Assembly (NCBI RefSeq): GCF_006345805.1
Contig: NC_043019.1
Location: 32,363,360-32,427,359, forward strand
Reading direction: 5' to 3'
DNA length: 64,000 bases
Source: Octopus sinensis
Taxonomy: Eukaryota
The first letter of the stretch is position 1; every line of letters starts with the position of its first letter. Under the pieces are notes generated by a model. The model had not been told where the DNA came from and did not search any database. It worked only from the letters and a program-made list of their open reading frames with translations. The translations under genes and the position numbers were made by a program. Positions 52,391-64,000 of the stretch are shown one piece after another.

Positions 52391-53255
52391 AATATATATA
52401 TATACACAGTGGTTGGCGTTAGGAAGGGCATCCAGCTGTAGAAACACTGCCAGATAAGACTGGAGCCTGGTGCAGCCTTCTGGCTTCCCAGATCCCCGGT
52501 CGAACCGTCCAACCCATGCTAGCATGGAGAACGGACGTTAAACGATGATGATGATGATGATGACATGCATATACAAGGGCTGATCAATAAGTACCTGGAC
52601 TGTTGCTATAGTAATGAAGCTAAAGCACGCAGTGTTTGAAACTATTTCTATTGAGATACAGTGAGTTTAATCACACAACTTCTATGTGACTTTTGCAGAA
52701 AATGCCAATCCTATTTTTGGTAGATATTTAATATCATTACTGGAATAATTGTGAAATTTAATTTCACAGTTAAGAAGTTAAGTAAAATAGACAGCAGAGA
52801 TGAGTCCTCCATGGAAGAAGATGTCAAAGGCCCAGGGAGAAGAAGAGCATAAACAAAACAATTGATTAATGTTTGGTTTAAAACAAACATGCACAGTGTT
52901 GTTCAGTCTTTAAAAACACATGGTAGATATATATGTGTGTGTATGTATGAGAATGTATGTATATATATATATGCATGCTTTAATACAATAAATATATGAA
53001 TGTATATACAGAAATATGCCTAACTAAATAAATTATGTAATAATAAATTGTAATTTTTTTTTAAGTGAATAAATAAATATTAATAAAATAAATATTACAC
53101 CCTTCCATTGCATCAGGGTATTAGAGGTACTTATGCAGACACCCAGTTAAACATGTGCATGTACTTTTATATAAATATATATACACACACATATATATAA
53201 ATACAAACACATACATGTTCATACACACACGTCCCTACTCTCATATACACAGATC

Positions 53256-53301
<46 letters not shown>

Positions 53302-53317
53302 CATACACAAGGAGATG

Positions 53318-53353
<36 letters not shown>

Positions 53354-53805
53354 CCTATATATGTATATATTTATGTGTGTATATATAGATATGTGTGTGT
53401 ATCTATATATACACACACGTATGCATTTTATTTGATTTTTCCTATTTTTATTATGTGTTCATATGTAATATACTTTCGGGTATGTGTGTGTGAGTAGGTG
53501 GGTGGCTAAGGATTCCTTAGACACAAAAAAGGAAAAACAAAAGAGAGAGAGAAAGAGAGAGTGAGGAGGTATTATTTGTTGACTTTTTCGATAATTACTT
53601 CCTGTCAGTATTTAATCTCATCTCCAGAATTAGACAGAACCTCAAGAATCGGTAGATTAAGTTCTTTATTCACTGTCTGGAAGAAGATGCCGAAAAGAAT
53701 TTCTCTAAGTTTATTTGGAATTTATTTATTTTTCTCCTTTTTTTTATTATTATTTTTGCTTTTTCTTTTCTTTTTGGTTTTGTTTATTTCGATTGTAACA
53801 TTTAG

Positions 53806-56800
53806 AATTTCCCAAAGACTTTCCATGGGCGAAAATGCAACAGAATTTTCAAATTTGACCAAAAAAATTGATTTCGTGTTTCTTTAAAATAATTATGGGA
53901 GTGTCTATACCAATACTCTTTTACTGATTTTATCCATTGGACAATGGCCATTCTGGGGCATCACAATTTCCCAAAGACTTTCCATGGGCGAAAATGCAAC
54001 AGAATTTTCAAATTTGACCAAAAAAATTGATTTCGTGTTTCTTTAAAATAATTATGGGAGTGTCTATACCAATACTCTTTTACTGATTTTATCCATTGGA
54101 CAATGGCCATTCTGGGGCATCACAATTTCCCAAAGACTTTCCATGGGCGAAAATGCAACAGAATTTTTAAATTTGACCAAAAAAATTGATTTCGTGTTTC
54201 TTTAAAACAATTATGGGAGTGTCTATACCAATACTCTTTTACTGATTTTATCCATTGGACAATGGCCATTCTGGGGCATCACAATTTCCCAAGACTTTCC
54301 ATGGGCGAAAATGCAACAGAATTTTTAAATTTGACCAAAAAAATTGATTTCGTGTTTCTTTAAAACAATTATGGGAGTGTCTATACCAATACTCTTTTAC
54401 TGATTTTATCCATTGGACAATGGCCATTCTGGGGCATCACATTTCCCAAAGACTTTCCATGGGCGAAAATGCAACAGGATTTTCAAATTTGACCAAAAAA
54501 TTGATTTCGTGTTTCTTTAAAATAATTATGGGAGTGTCTATACCAATACTCTTTTACTGATTTTATCCATTGGACAATGGCCATTCTGGGGCATCACAAT
54601 TTCCCAAAGACTTTCCATGGGCGAAAATGCAACAGAATTTTCAAATTTGACCAAAAAATTGATTTTGTGTTTCTTTAAAATAATTATGGGAGTGTCTATA
54701 CCAATACTCTTTTACTGATTTTATCCATTGGACAATGGCCATTCTGGGGCATCACAATTTCCCAAAGACTTTCCATGGGCGAAAATGCAACAGAATTTTC
54801 AAATTTGACCAAAAAAGTTGATTTCGTGTTTCTTTAAAATAATTATGGGAGTGTCTATACCAATACTCTTTTACTGATTTTATCCATTGGACAATGGCCA
54901 TTCTGGGGCATCACAATTCCCAAAGACTTTCCATGGGCGAAAATGCAACAGAATTTTCAATTTGACCAAAAAATTGATTTCGTGTTTCTTTTAAAATAAT
55001 TATGGGAGTGTCTATACCAATACTCTTTTACTGATTTTATCCATTGGACAATGGCCATTCTGGGGCATCACAATTTCCCAAAGACTTTCCATGGGCGAAA
55101 ATGCAACAGAATTTTCAAATTTGACCAAAAAAATTGATTTCGTGTTTCTTTAAAATAATTATGGGAGTGTCTATACCAATACTCTTTTACTGATTTTATC
55201 CATTGGACAATGGCCATTCTGGGGCATCACAATTTCCCAAAGACTTTCCATGGGCGAAAATGCAACAGAATTTTCAAATTTGACCAAAAAAATTGATTTC
55301 GTGTTTCTTTAAAATAATTATGGGAGTGTCTATACCAATACTCTTTTACTGATTTTATCCATTGGACAATGGCCATTCTGGGGCATCACAATTTCCCAAG
55401 ACTTTCCATTTCCATGGGCGAAAATGCAACAGAATTTTCAAATTTGACCAAAAAAATTGATTTCGTGTTTCTTTAAAATAATTATGGGAGTGTCTATACC
55501 AATACTCTTTTACTGATTTTATCCATTGGACAATGGCCATTCTGGGGCATCACAATTTCCCAAAGACTTTCCATGGGCGAAAATGCAACAGAATTTTCAA
55601 TTTGACCAAAAAATTGATTTCGTGTTTCTTTAAAATAATTATGGGAGTGTCTATACCAATACTCTTTTACTGATTTTATCCATTGGACAATGGCCATTCT
55701 GGGGCATCACAATTTCCCAAAGACTTTCCATGGGCGAAAATGCAACAGAATTTTCAAATTTGACCAAAAAAGTTGATTTCGTGTTTCTTTAAAATAATTA
55801 TGGGAGTGTCTATACCATACTCTTTTACTGATTTTATCCATTGGACAATGGCCATTCTGGGGCATCACAATTTCCCAAAGACTTTCCATGGGCGAAAATG
55901 CAACAGAATTTTCAAATTTGACCAAAAAAATTGATTTCGTGTTTCTTTAAAATAATTATGGGAGTGTCTATACCAATACTCTTTTACTGATTTTATCCAT
56001 TGGACAATGGCCATTCTGGGGCATCACAATTTCCCAAGACTTTCCATGGGCGAAAATGCAACAGAATTTTCAAATTTGACCAAAAAAATTGATTTCGTGT
56101 TTCTTTAAAATAATTATGGGAGTGTCTATACCAATACTCTTTTACTGATTTTATCCATTGGACAATGGCCATTCTGGGGCATCACAATTTCCCAAAGACT
56201 TTCCATGGGCGAAAATGCAACAGAATTTTCAAATTTGACCAAAAAAATTGATTTCGTGTTTCTTTAAAATAATTATGGGAGTGTCTATACCAATACTCTT
56301 TTACTGATTTTATCCATTGGACAATGGCCATTCTGGGGCATCACAATTTCCCAAAGACTTTCCATGGGCGAAAATGCAACAGAATTTTCAAATTTGACCA
56401 AAAAAATTGATTTCGTGTTTCTTTAAAATAATTATGGGAGTGTCTATACCAATACTCTTTTACTGATTTTATCCATTGGACAATGGCCATTCTGGGGCAT
56501 CACAATTTCCCAAAGACTTTCCATGGGCGAAAATGCAACAGAATTTTCAAATTTGACCAAAAAATTGATTTCGTGTTTCTTTAAAATAATTAGGGAGTGT
56601 CTATACCAATACTCTTTTACTGATTTTATCCATTGGACAATGGCCATTCTGGGGCATCACAATTTCCCAAAGACTTTCCTGGGCGAAAATGCACACAGAA
56701 TTTTCAAATTTGACCAAAAAATTGATTTCGTGTTTCTTTAAAATAATTATGGGAGTTTCTATACCAATACTCTTTTACTGATTTTATCCATTGGACAATG

Positions 56801-57605
56801 GCCATTCTGGGGCATCACAATTTCCCAAAGACTTTCCATGGGCGAAAATGCAACAGAATTTTCAAATTTGACCAAAAAATTGATTTTGTGTTTCTTTAAA
56901 ATAATTATGGAGTGTCTATACCAATACTCTTTACTGATTTTATCCATTGGACAATGGCCATTCTGGGGCATCACAATTTCCCAAAGACTTTCCATGGGCG
57001 AAAATGCAACAGAATTTTCAAATTTGACCAAAAAATTGATTTCGTGTTTCTTTAAAATAATTATGGGAGTGTCTATACCAATACTCTTTACTGATTTTAT
57101 CCATTGGACAATGGCCATTCTGGGGCATCACAATTTCCCAAAGACTTTCCATGGGCGAAAATGCAACAGAATTTTCAAATTTGACCAAAAAATTGATTTT
57201 GTGTTTCTTTAAAACAATTATGGGAGTGTCTATACCAATACTCTTTTACTGATTTTATCCATTGGACAATGGCCATTCTGGGGCATCACAATTCCCAAAG
57301 ACTTTCCCATGGCGAAAATGCAACAGAATTTTCAAATTTGACCAAAAAAATTGATTTCGTGTTTCTTTAAAATAATTATGGGAGTGTCTATACCAATACT
57401 CTTTTACTGATTTTATCCATTGGACAATGGCCATTCTGGGGCATCACAATTTCCCAAAGACTTTCCATGGGCGAAAATGCAACAGAATTTTCAAATTTGA
57501 CCAAAAAATTGATTTTGTGTTTCTTTAAAACAATTATGGGAGTGTCTATACCAATACTCTTTTACTGATTTCATCCATTGGACAATGGCCATTCTGGGGC
57601 ATCAC
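53806..57605. repeat. Satellite array, 24 units of about 159 bp
   Basis: 24 GGGGCATCAC unit ends counted; period 159 (TTCCATGGG at 53821, 53980, 54139). Confidence 0.98.
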
Positions 57606-58983
57606 CTCCAAAGTTTCCAGTGATCAAATTAATTTCAGCTCCTTGTTTCCATCTGATCCTGGCTGTGTGGTTAAGCAGCTCTCTTAGCAACCATGTGGCT
57701 TTGGGTTCTGTTCCACTATGCAACACCTTGAGCAAGTATCTTCTAATATAGCCCCAAAAAGCCTGCTTTCCAATCATGTGGTCCTGGTTTCAGACCCACT
57801 ACAAGACACCCTGGGCAAGTGTCTTTCTTTTACTTTAGTGCCAGCTCAAACAATCCCTTGTGTATGTGGTAGATGGAAACTGTGTGGAATCCCATTATAT
57901 ATATACGTATATGTCTACATGTGTTTGTCCACCATCATTGCTTGACAACCTCTGATGGTTTGTTTACACCCCTATAGCTTAGCAGTTTGGCAAAAGAGTC
58001 TGATAGAATAAGTATCAAGCTTTAAAAAAAAACAAAAAGAAAGCACCCAGGTTGATTTGTTTGCCGGTACTCCGTCAGTTATGACGACGAGGATTCCAGT
58101 TGATCCAATCAACGGAACAGCCTGCATGTGGCCGAGCACTCCACAGACACGTGTAATCTTGACGTAGTTCTCAGGGAGATTTAGCATGACACAGAGTGCG
58201 ACAAGGTTGGCCCCTTTGAATTACGGGTACGGCTCATTATTGTTAGCTGAATGGACTGGAGCAATGTGAAACAGAGTGTCTTGCTCAAGCACACAACCCG
58301 TCACCAGGAATTGAACTCACGACCTTGTGATTGCAAGCCGAATACCCTAACCACTAAGTCACGTGTCTTCACTTGATTTGTTTAACTAAAAGCTTTTAAG
58401 GTGGTGCTCCAGCGTGGTCTCAGTCCTGTGATTGAAATAAGCAGAAAATGAATGATAAAAGTTTTGTTCTATTGCTCCCCACCGTTTTTCATTGTTTTTA
58501 TGCTGAATCACTAAATCATGAGGACGTAAACAAACCAACAACAGTCATGAAGTGGTTTCCCATGGAAACAAGATTGTAGAACAAAGATAAACACAAAGAC
58601 ATATAGAACACACACATCCTCATATATATATATATATATATATATTTGTGTGTGTGTTTATATGTATATATACACACCACCGATGTTGGTGTGTTTACGT
58701 CCCTGTAGTTCGGCAAAAGGGGTCGATAGAATAATTACTAGGCTTACAAAGAATAAGTCCTGGGGTTGATTTGTTCGACTACAAAAACACTTTAAGGCGG
58801 TGCTCCAGTATGGCCACAGTCAAATGACAAACAAGGAAAAAAAAATTAAAGAAATCATCATCATTTAGCACCCGTTTTCCATACTGGCATGGGTTAGATG
58901 GTTTGACTGGAACAAATAAGCTAGAGAGCTGTACCAGGCTCATTAATATGTGTGTGTGTGTGTGTGTGAGTAATATATATATA

Positions 58984-59730
58984 CTAGCACTATGACCTGG
59001 CAACGCAGCTGTATATGCATGCATATACAGCTGCGTGCGTGCGCACATACACACGAGTACTGTCCAAATCTCCAACCTATCACATACAGCTAGCTGGCAT
59101 TCAATTAGCGTATTAAGTTTTGGGCATTTTGATTGGGTTTTGGATAGAAAATTCACCAAAATCACTTCTATTGATTTTTTTAATGGCTTTGCAGGGTGAC
59201 TGGGGAAATGTAAAGATGTGTACGACCACCCTTGGACGGTTTTAAATGACCATAGAAAGTGCGAGCCCTCTAACTGAAAAATTGTGGATTTGTATAAAGG
59301 ACAAGCACACACAGACATTGTCGTTTTTATATATATACTAGCAGTATCGCCCGGCGTTGCTCGGGTTTGTAAGGGAAATAACTATATAAACATTTTTAGA
59401 GAGTTATAGCCAAAAAATAGCAAAAAAATGCATTAAAAATTGAAAAAAAATTAAGGTAAATTTTTTTTTTAAATCGTTGACACATCGTAGATATTTTTAG
59501 AGAGTTACTTCCCTTATATAAAAGCGAAAAAATGCATTAAAATGGAAAAATATGGTAAATTTTTTTTAAATTGTAGACTCATCGTAGACGCGCGCTAATA
59601 CCCAGAAGGGCTCGATATGAATCACGACTATAAGATACCCGCTTTTGGTTAAACTGCACCGCAAAATGTGGGAATAGTTACGAATCTAAATCGTAGGAGA
59701 CAGACACACAACTTCACTCTTATATAAAGA
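58984..59730 (-). mobile_element. Two abutting Helitron-type elements (H2 at 59338-59730, H1 at 58984-59337)
   Basis: Two CTAG ends (58984, 59338); H2 hairpin CCCGGCGTTGCTCGGG; a single 5' TC at 59730; H1 body matches 20185-20562. Confidence 0.7.
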
Positions 59731-60131
59731 TGCTTTTTTTTTCAGTCATAGAGTTAGATTTATGAAGGTCTTCAGTAGAAAATCCTTCGAATTCTGACTC
59801 GCTGCTTGATATAATGAAATTTATATCCATTTTTTGTCAGAATTACAAATTTTGAAAACACAATAGGAACAAATTTCGGAAAAAAATCTCCCATAATTCA
59901 CGGAATTAAAATTACACTTCGATTTTTGTACAAAACTGTATTTGAAGTGTTTACGAAGTATAATACGTGTTTTCACGAATGTACTAAAGAGATTTACTCT
60001 GATATTCTCATTTAAATATGAATAGGTAAATTCGGGCGGTTTGGTAACGAAAGGGTTAAACGGATGCATACATTTATAACTATATATAAGTGTCGTCTGT
60101 TTATTTTTATCGCCAACGGTACACACGCGGT

Positions 60132-60193
<62 letters not shown>

Positions 60194-60243
60194 TACACAC
60201 AGAAATATATGCACATACATACATGCATATACATGTATGTATG

Positions 60244-60277
<34 letters not shown>

Positions 60278-60855
60278 TACATATTTACAGTTATATATCA
60301 TCATCATCATCGTTTAGCATCCGCTTTCCATGCTAGCATGGGTTATACACACATACATATTTACAGTTATATATATATATATATATACATTCATATGCAT
60401 ATTTATAAATATATTCCTACATGAATGTACATGTATACTGTTTCATACTTTCAGTTTAGTCTTCCTCAAATCACTGTCGCTATTTACTCTCTTCCAAGAA
60501 CATTTTCACTCACTCTTATCTGTTAGCTTGCCATACATTTTACTCATGTATCTATCAGCGTGATAGACAGAAACAAATATTACATCTAGTTTCACTTTAT
60601 TCGTTGCACACTGTGTGTGTGCGTTTGCGTGTGCTGTAAACCAGACTAAGAAAAGCATTTGACATACACACCAGAATGTGAGTTTTCTGTAAATTTTGCT
60701 TAATTGGAGTTTAAATTTTAAAAACTGGACCTGGCAAAACCCGATGCATTCTACTCTTAAAAATGCTAGGTAAATTGTAATTGAAGAAATCCTATATTGT
60801 AGATTTCTATAACTGACAAAGGGAGGCAGATAAAATCTGCCTTTTATAATAAGAG

Positions 60856-60917
<62 letters not shown>

Positions 60918-61519
60918 TGCATGTCAGGGAGTGCTTAACTGTAAAGAGCACTCAACCAGGATTCAAGAGGTATAGGGTTCTATACACGGCAGCTGTTGCA
61001 TATGTCACTGGAGAACAGCTCCCTTTTATGATGATAGTGTGTTCATAACACTTGTGGCACATTGATGCAAAGGATTCTGGGACACCAGTGTTTCAACATG
61101 TTGGGTCTCGTCATCCAGAAAGAAGTTCCTAGACCTTTAAGCTGAAACAAGTTGCTGACTTTGTCTATAATTTCAGCAAATTAAACTATTTGCTCATCAG
61201 TGCTTGAATCAGCCAACTGATGAAGACTTATTATTTGTTCTGTGCAATACAAGATCTGGAATAATGATTTGAATATTTACTTTTTAATGCTTTCCTGTAG
61301 ATTCACATTCTGTGGGATGCAGGATCGATAATTACATCAGCCCCAGTACACAACTGGTATTTATTTCATTGACCCCCGAAAGGCTAAAAGCAAAGTTGAC
61401 TTCACTGGAATTTGAACCCAGAACATAGGGAACCAGAAGAAATACCACTAAGCATTTTGTTCAGGGTCACTAAGGATTTTGCCAGTTTGCCACTATAATA
61501 ATGATAATAATAATAATAA

Positions 61520-62070
61520 TAAATGCCCTGATGCAGTACCAGACAGTGGCTCTCATGGCTTCTGATCATAACTGATTGGAAGTGTTATCATGTACATTGT
61601 TTTGTCTTAGTATAAAATATGGGCTACAGCAAATATTCTGCTCAATACCACAGATTTGCTTGTCAGTTGAGCATGTCCCTGAGTGGGTGACGATATGTGC
61701 ATCTCTGATCATGAGCAGAAGTAGTGGGGGAGCATCAGAGCCGTGTGTTGAAAGGAATTCTTAGAGGTTTGGATAATTCACCTCTGGATATATGGGTGTT
61801 TCGTTCAACATCCTTAAACAAACCTTACTCAGGGTCCTTTTGAGCGGGATGGGTTACTCGACCAGAAGAAAATTCTAACTGGGCTCCACCTGCAAGGTCA
61901 TGCACTGTTTATCTTGATATGAGATCGCCATGTCGTGCACATGGGGCTGTGATGCCTGTGCTTGGTGTACCCTTATCAGACGGGTAGTCATGATTATATT
62001 GGGCTTCGTATAATTGTACCCCAATGTCACTTTGATGACATGGGCTGCTCTCTCACACAATAAGAATAAT
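61520..62070. mobile_element. About 550-bp interspersed-repeat-like element flanked by (AAT)n, class uncertain
   Basis: Complex non-coding sequence bracketed by AAT runs at about 61497-61521 and 62060-62078; recalled as a common octopus repeat, not verified. Confidence 0.45.
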
Positions 62071-62074
62071 AATA

Positions 62075-62235
62075 ATTTGCCAAACTAAGTAAATATAAGG
62101 ACCTGGAAATTGAAATACAAAAGATGTAGCATCTTAAAATAAGAACTGTTCCTGCTATTGTAGGTGCTCTAGGTATGATAAAAAAAGGGATGTCAGAAAT
62201 ATCTAGATAACATCCAAGGAGAACCATGTATTAAG
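62075..62235 (+). mobile_element. R4/Dong-like LINE fragment (C-terminal restriction-like endonuclease region)
   Basis: KLSKYKDLEIEIQKM*HLKIRTVPAIVGALGMIKKG resembles the K..KY.DL..EI...W......P.I.GALG motif. Confidence 0.7.
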
Positions 62236-62879
62236 TTGTAGACCAAGGTAGTGAGCTGGCAGAGAACCGTTAGCAGGCCAGGCAAAATGCTTAATGGCAT
62301 TTCATCTGTCTCTATGTTCTGAGTTCAAACTCCACCAAGGTCAACTTCACCTTTCAGAGTTGGTAAAATAGGTACCAGTTGAGCACTGGGGTCAATGTTA
62401 TCGACCAGTCCCATCCCACTAAATTTCAGGTCTTGTGCCTATAGTAAAAAGGATTATTAAGGTGGAAGACCTTTTAGAACTGTTAGCGTGTCATGTCAAG
62501 TGCTTAGCAGCATTTTGTCCATCATTACATTCTGAGTTCAAATTCCGCTGGGGTCAACATTGTTTTTTCATCCTTTCAGGGGGGATGATGAAATAAGTAC
62601 TAATTAAACGCTAGGGGTGAGGTTTCAAGCTGGTGTAATCGGCTTACTCCACCGCCACGAACTTGCTGGCTTTGCGCCAAAATTTGAAACCGAAACATTG
62701 CTAAATTGGCAGAACTTTTGGACAAAATGCTTTTTAGGTATTTCTTCCAGTTCTTCTCTTTCTAGGTTCAAACCCCATTCATGTTGAGTGTTTTCTTTTA
62801 TCCTGGGGGGGGGGGGGGCGCTGACAAAACAATGTGTATGATTCACTTACTGCGGGTCATCTGGTACATCAAGAAACTC

Positions 62880-63720
62880 CTATGTTGGTAATATTGACAT
62901 TGGTGGTGGTGGTGGTATTGACAGTGGTAGTGGCATTGATGCCGGTGGTGGTGGAGGCGGTGGTAGTTGTGGTGATGGCAGTGTAGGTATAGATGCCAGG
63001 GACAGTGTTGCTTGTGGTGGTGGAGGTGATAGTTCCAGGGTTTGGCATTTTTATTTAGAGGCGGATGGTGGTGTTGGTGGTAGTAGTTGTGACAGTGGTG
63101 GTGGTGGTTGTAAACATTCCACTCACACCCCTCACCTCACTTCAACCCTTCTTCCCCCTCTCCCCACCCCCACTCATCCAAGAAAACAAATATTTACCAA
63201 AGCATTAAGTAAATGGACTGAAACTGAATTGTTTAGAAATTAGAAAATATTGGACAAGGAGAGGGTGGGGAGGTAGAGGCGGTGGCAGCAGCAATGGTGG
63301 TGGTGGCTGTGGTGGTGGTGACAGTCTTGGTTGTGGTTGAGGTGGAGACAGTAGTGATAGTTGTCATGGTTGTAGTTAAGGTGGTAGTGGTGATGGCTGT
63401 GATTGAGGTGGTAGTGCTAGTGGTCATGCCTGTAGTGATAGTTATGATTGAACTGGCAGTGGTGGTGGTTGTGATTGAGGTGGTAGTGGTGAATGCCATG
63501 GTGATCGTTGTGATTGTGGTGGTTGTGGTAGTGGTGATAGCTTTGGTGATAGTTGTGGTGGTTGTGATTGAGGTGGTAGTGGTGAATGCCATTGTGATCG
63601 TTGTGATTGAAGTGGTGGCTGTGGTTGAGGTGGTAGTGGTGATGCCTGTAGTGATAGTTGTGACTGAACTGGTGGTGGTGGTGGTGGTGATGGTGGTGGT
63701 GCTGCTGTCGGTGGATAGTC
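62880..63720. repeat. Degenerate (GTG/GTA/GAT)n triplet low-complexity tract
   Basis: Direct inspection; explains the Val-, Thr- and His-rich ORFs in the track. Confidence 0.8.
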
Positions 63721-64000
63721 CACAGTTTTTCTTTAAACTTGGCCACAAGAGAGTTTAGCAGGGATGGCTGTGTGGTTAAGAAGCTCACTTTTGCAGCCAT
63801 GTGGTTTTGGGTTCAGTCCCACTGCATGACACTCTGGATAAGTGCCAGCTGTTATAGCCCCAGGTTGACAAATGCCTTGTGAATGAATTCGATTGACGCA
63901 AGAGTGGTTGACTTGACTTGACAGCATTCAAGAGGCTAGTATGCTCCACTGGATGTGTAAAGTGTACATGTTTCACAGAGTGCCAGTATTCTGAGAGAGA

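Noticed and set aside
53806-57605. Satellite as a protein-coding tandem repeat (159 = 53 codons)
   Set aside because: The best frame on the minus strand still has a TGA in every unit, and the frame is broken by frequent indels.
61170-61235. Hammerhead-like CTGATGA-GCAAAT...ATTTGC-TGAAA on the minus strand
   Set aside because: There is an extra base before GAAA and no stem I or III pairing could be built; likely chance.
63233-63758. Thr-rich mucin-like or Val-rich ORFs
   Set aside because: Both strands are open because the GTG/GTA/GAT triplet repeat lacks stops; no good acceptor tract or signal peptide.

Overview
Eukaryotic, AT-rich, repeat-saturated DNA. The tRNA-derived SINE families and the gene sequence point to a cephalopod, most likely Octopus; this rests on recall of these repeat families, not on a search. 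The only host gene I can support is the 3' part of eyes absent (eya) on the + strand: seven coding exons (15736-15825, 20641-20699, 25528-25688, 26687-26801, 28228-28349, 30281-30381, 31879-31959), all with AG/GT boundaries and matching phases, that splice into an intact C-terminal Eya (HAD phosphatase) domain ending ...HHALELSYL*. The exon with the catalytic WDLDET motif was not found in 1-15735 and presumably lies upstream of the window. The rest comprises many SINE copies, RTE, CR1, Penelope and R4/Dong LINE remnants, a nested mariner, hAT- and piggyBac-type MITEs, Helitron/Helentron-type elements, microsatellites, four tandem arrays arising within retroposons and a 24 x 159-bp satellite. 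Nearly all ORFs in the supplied track are microsatellite or SINE artefacts. I found no clear new biological system. The best leads are: a long alternative frame in the last eya exon, a leaky-stop plus G-quadruplex context at the eya stop, SINE head/tail module swapping, a perfect 57-bp inverted repeat, and the 159-bp array. TE boundaries are approximate unless a TSD or TIR is cited.
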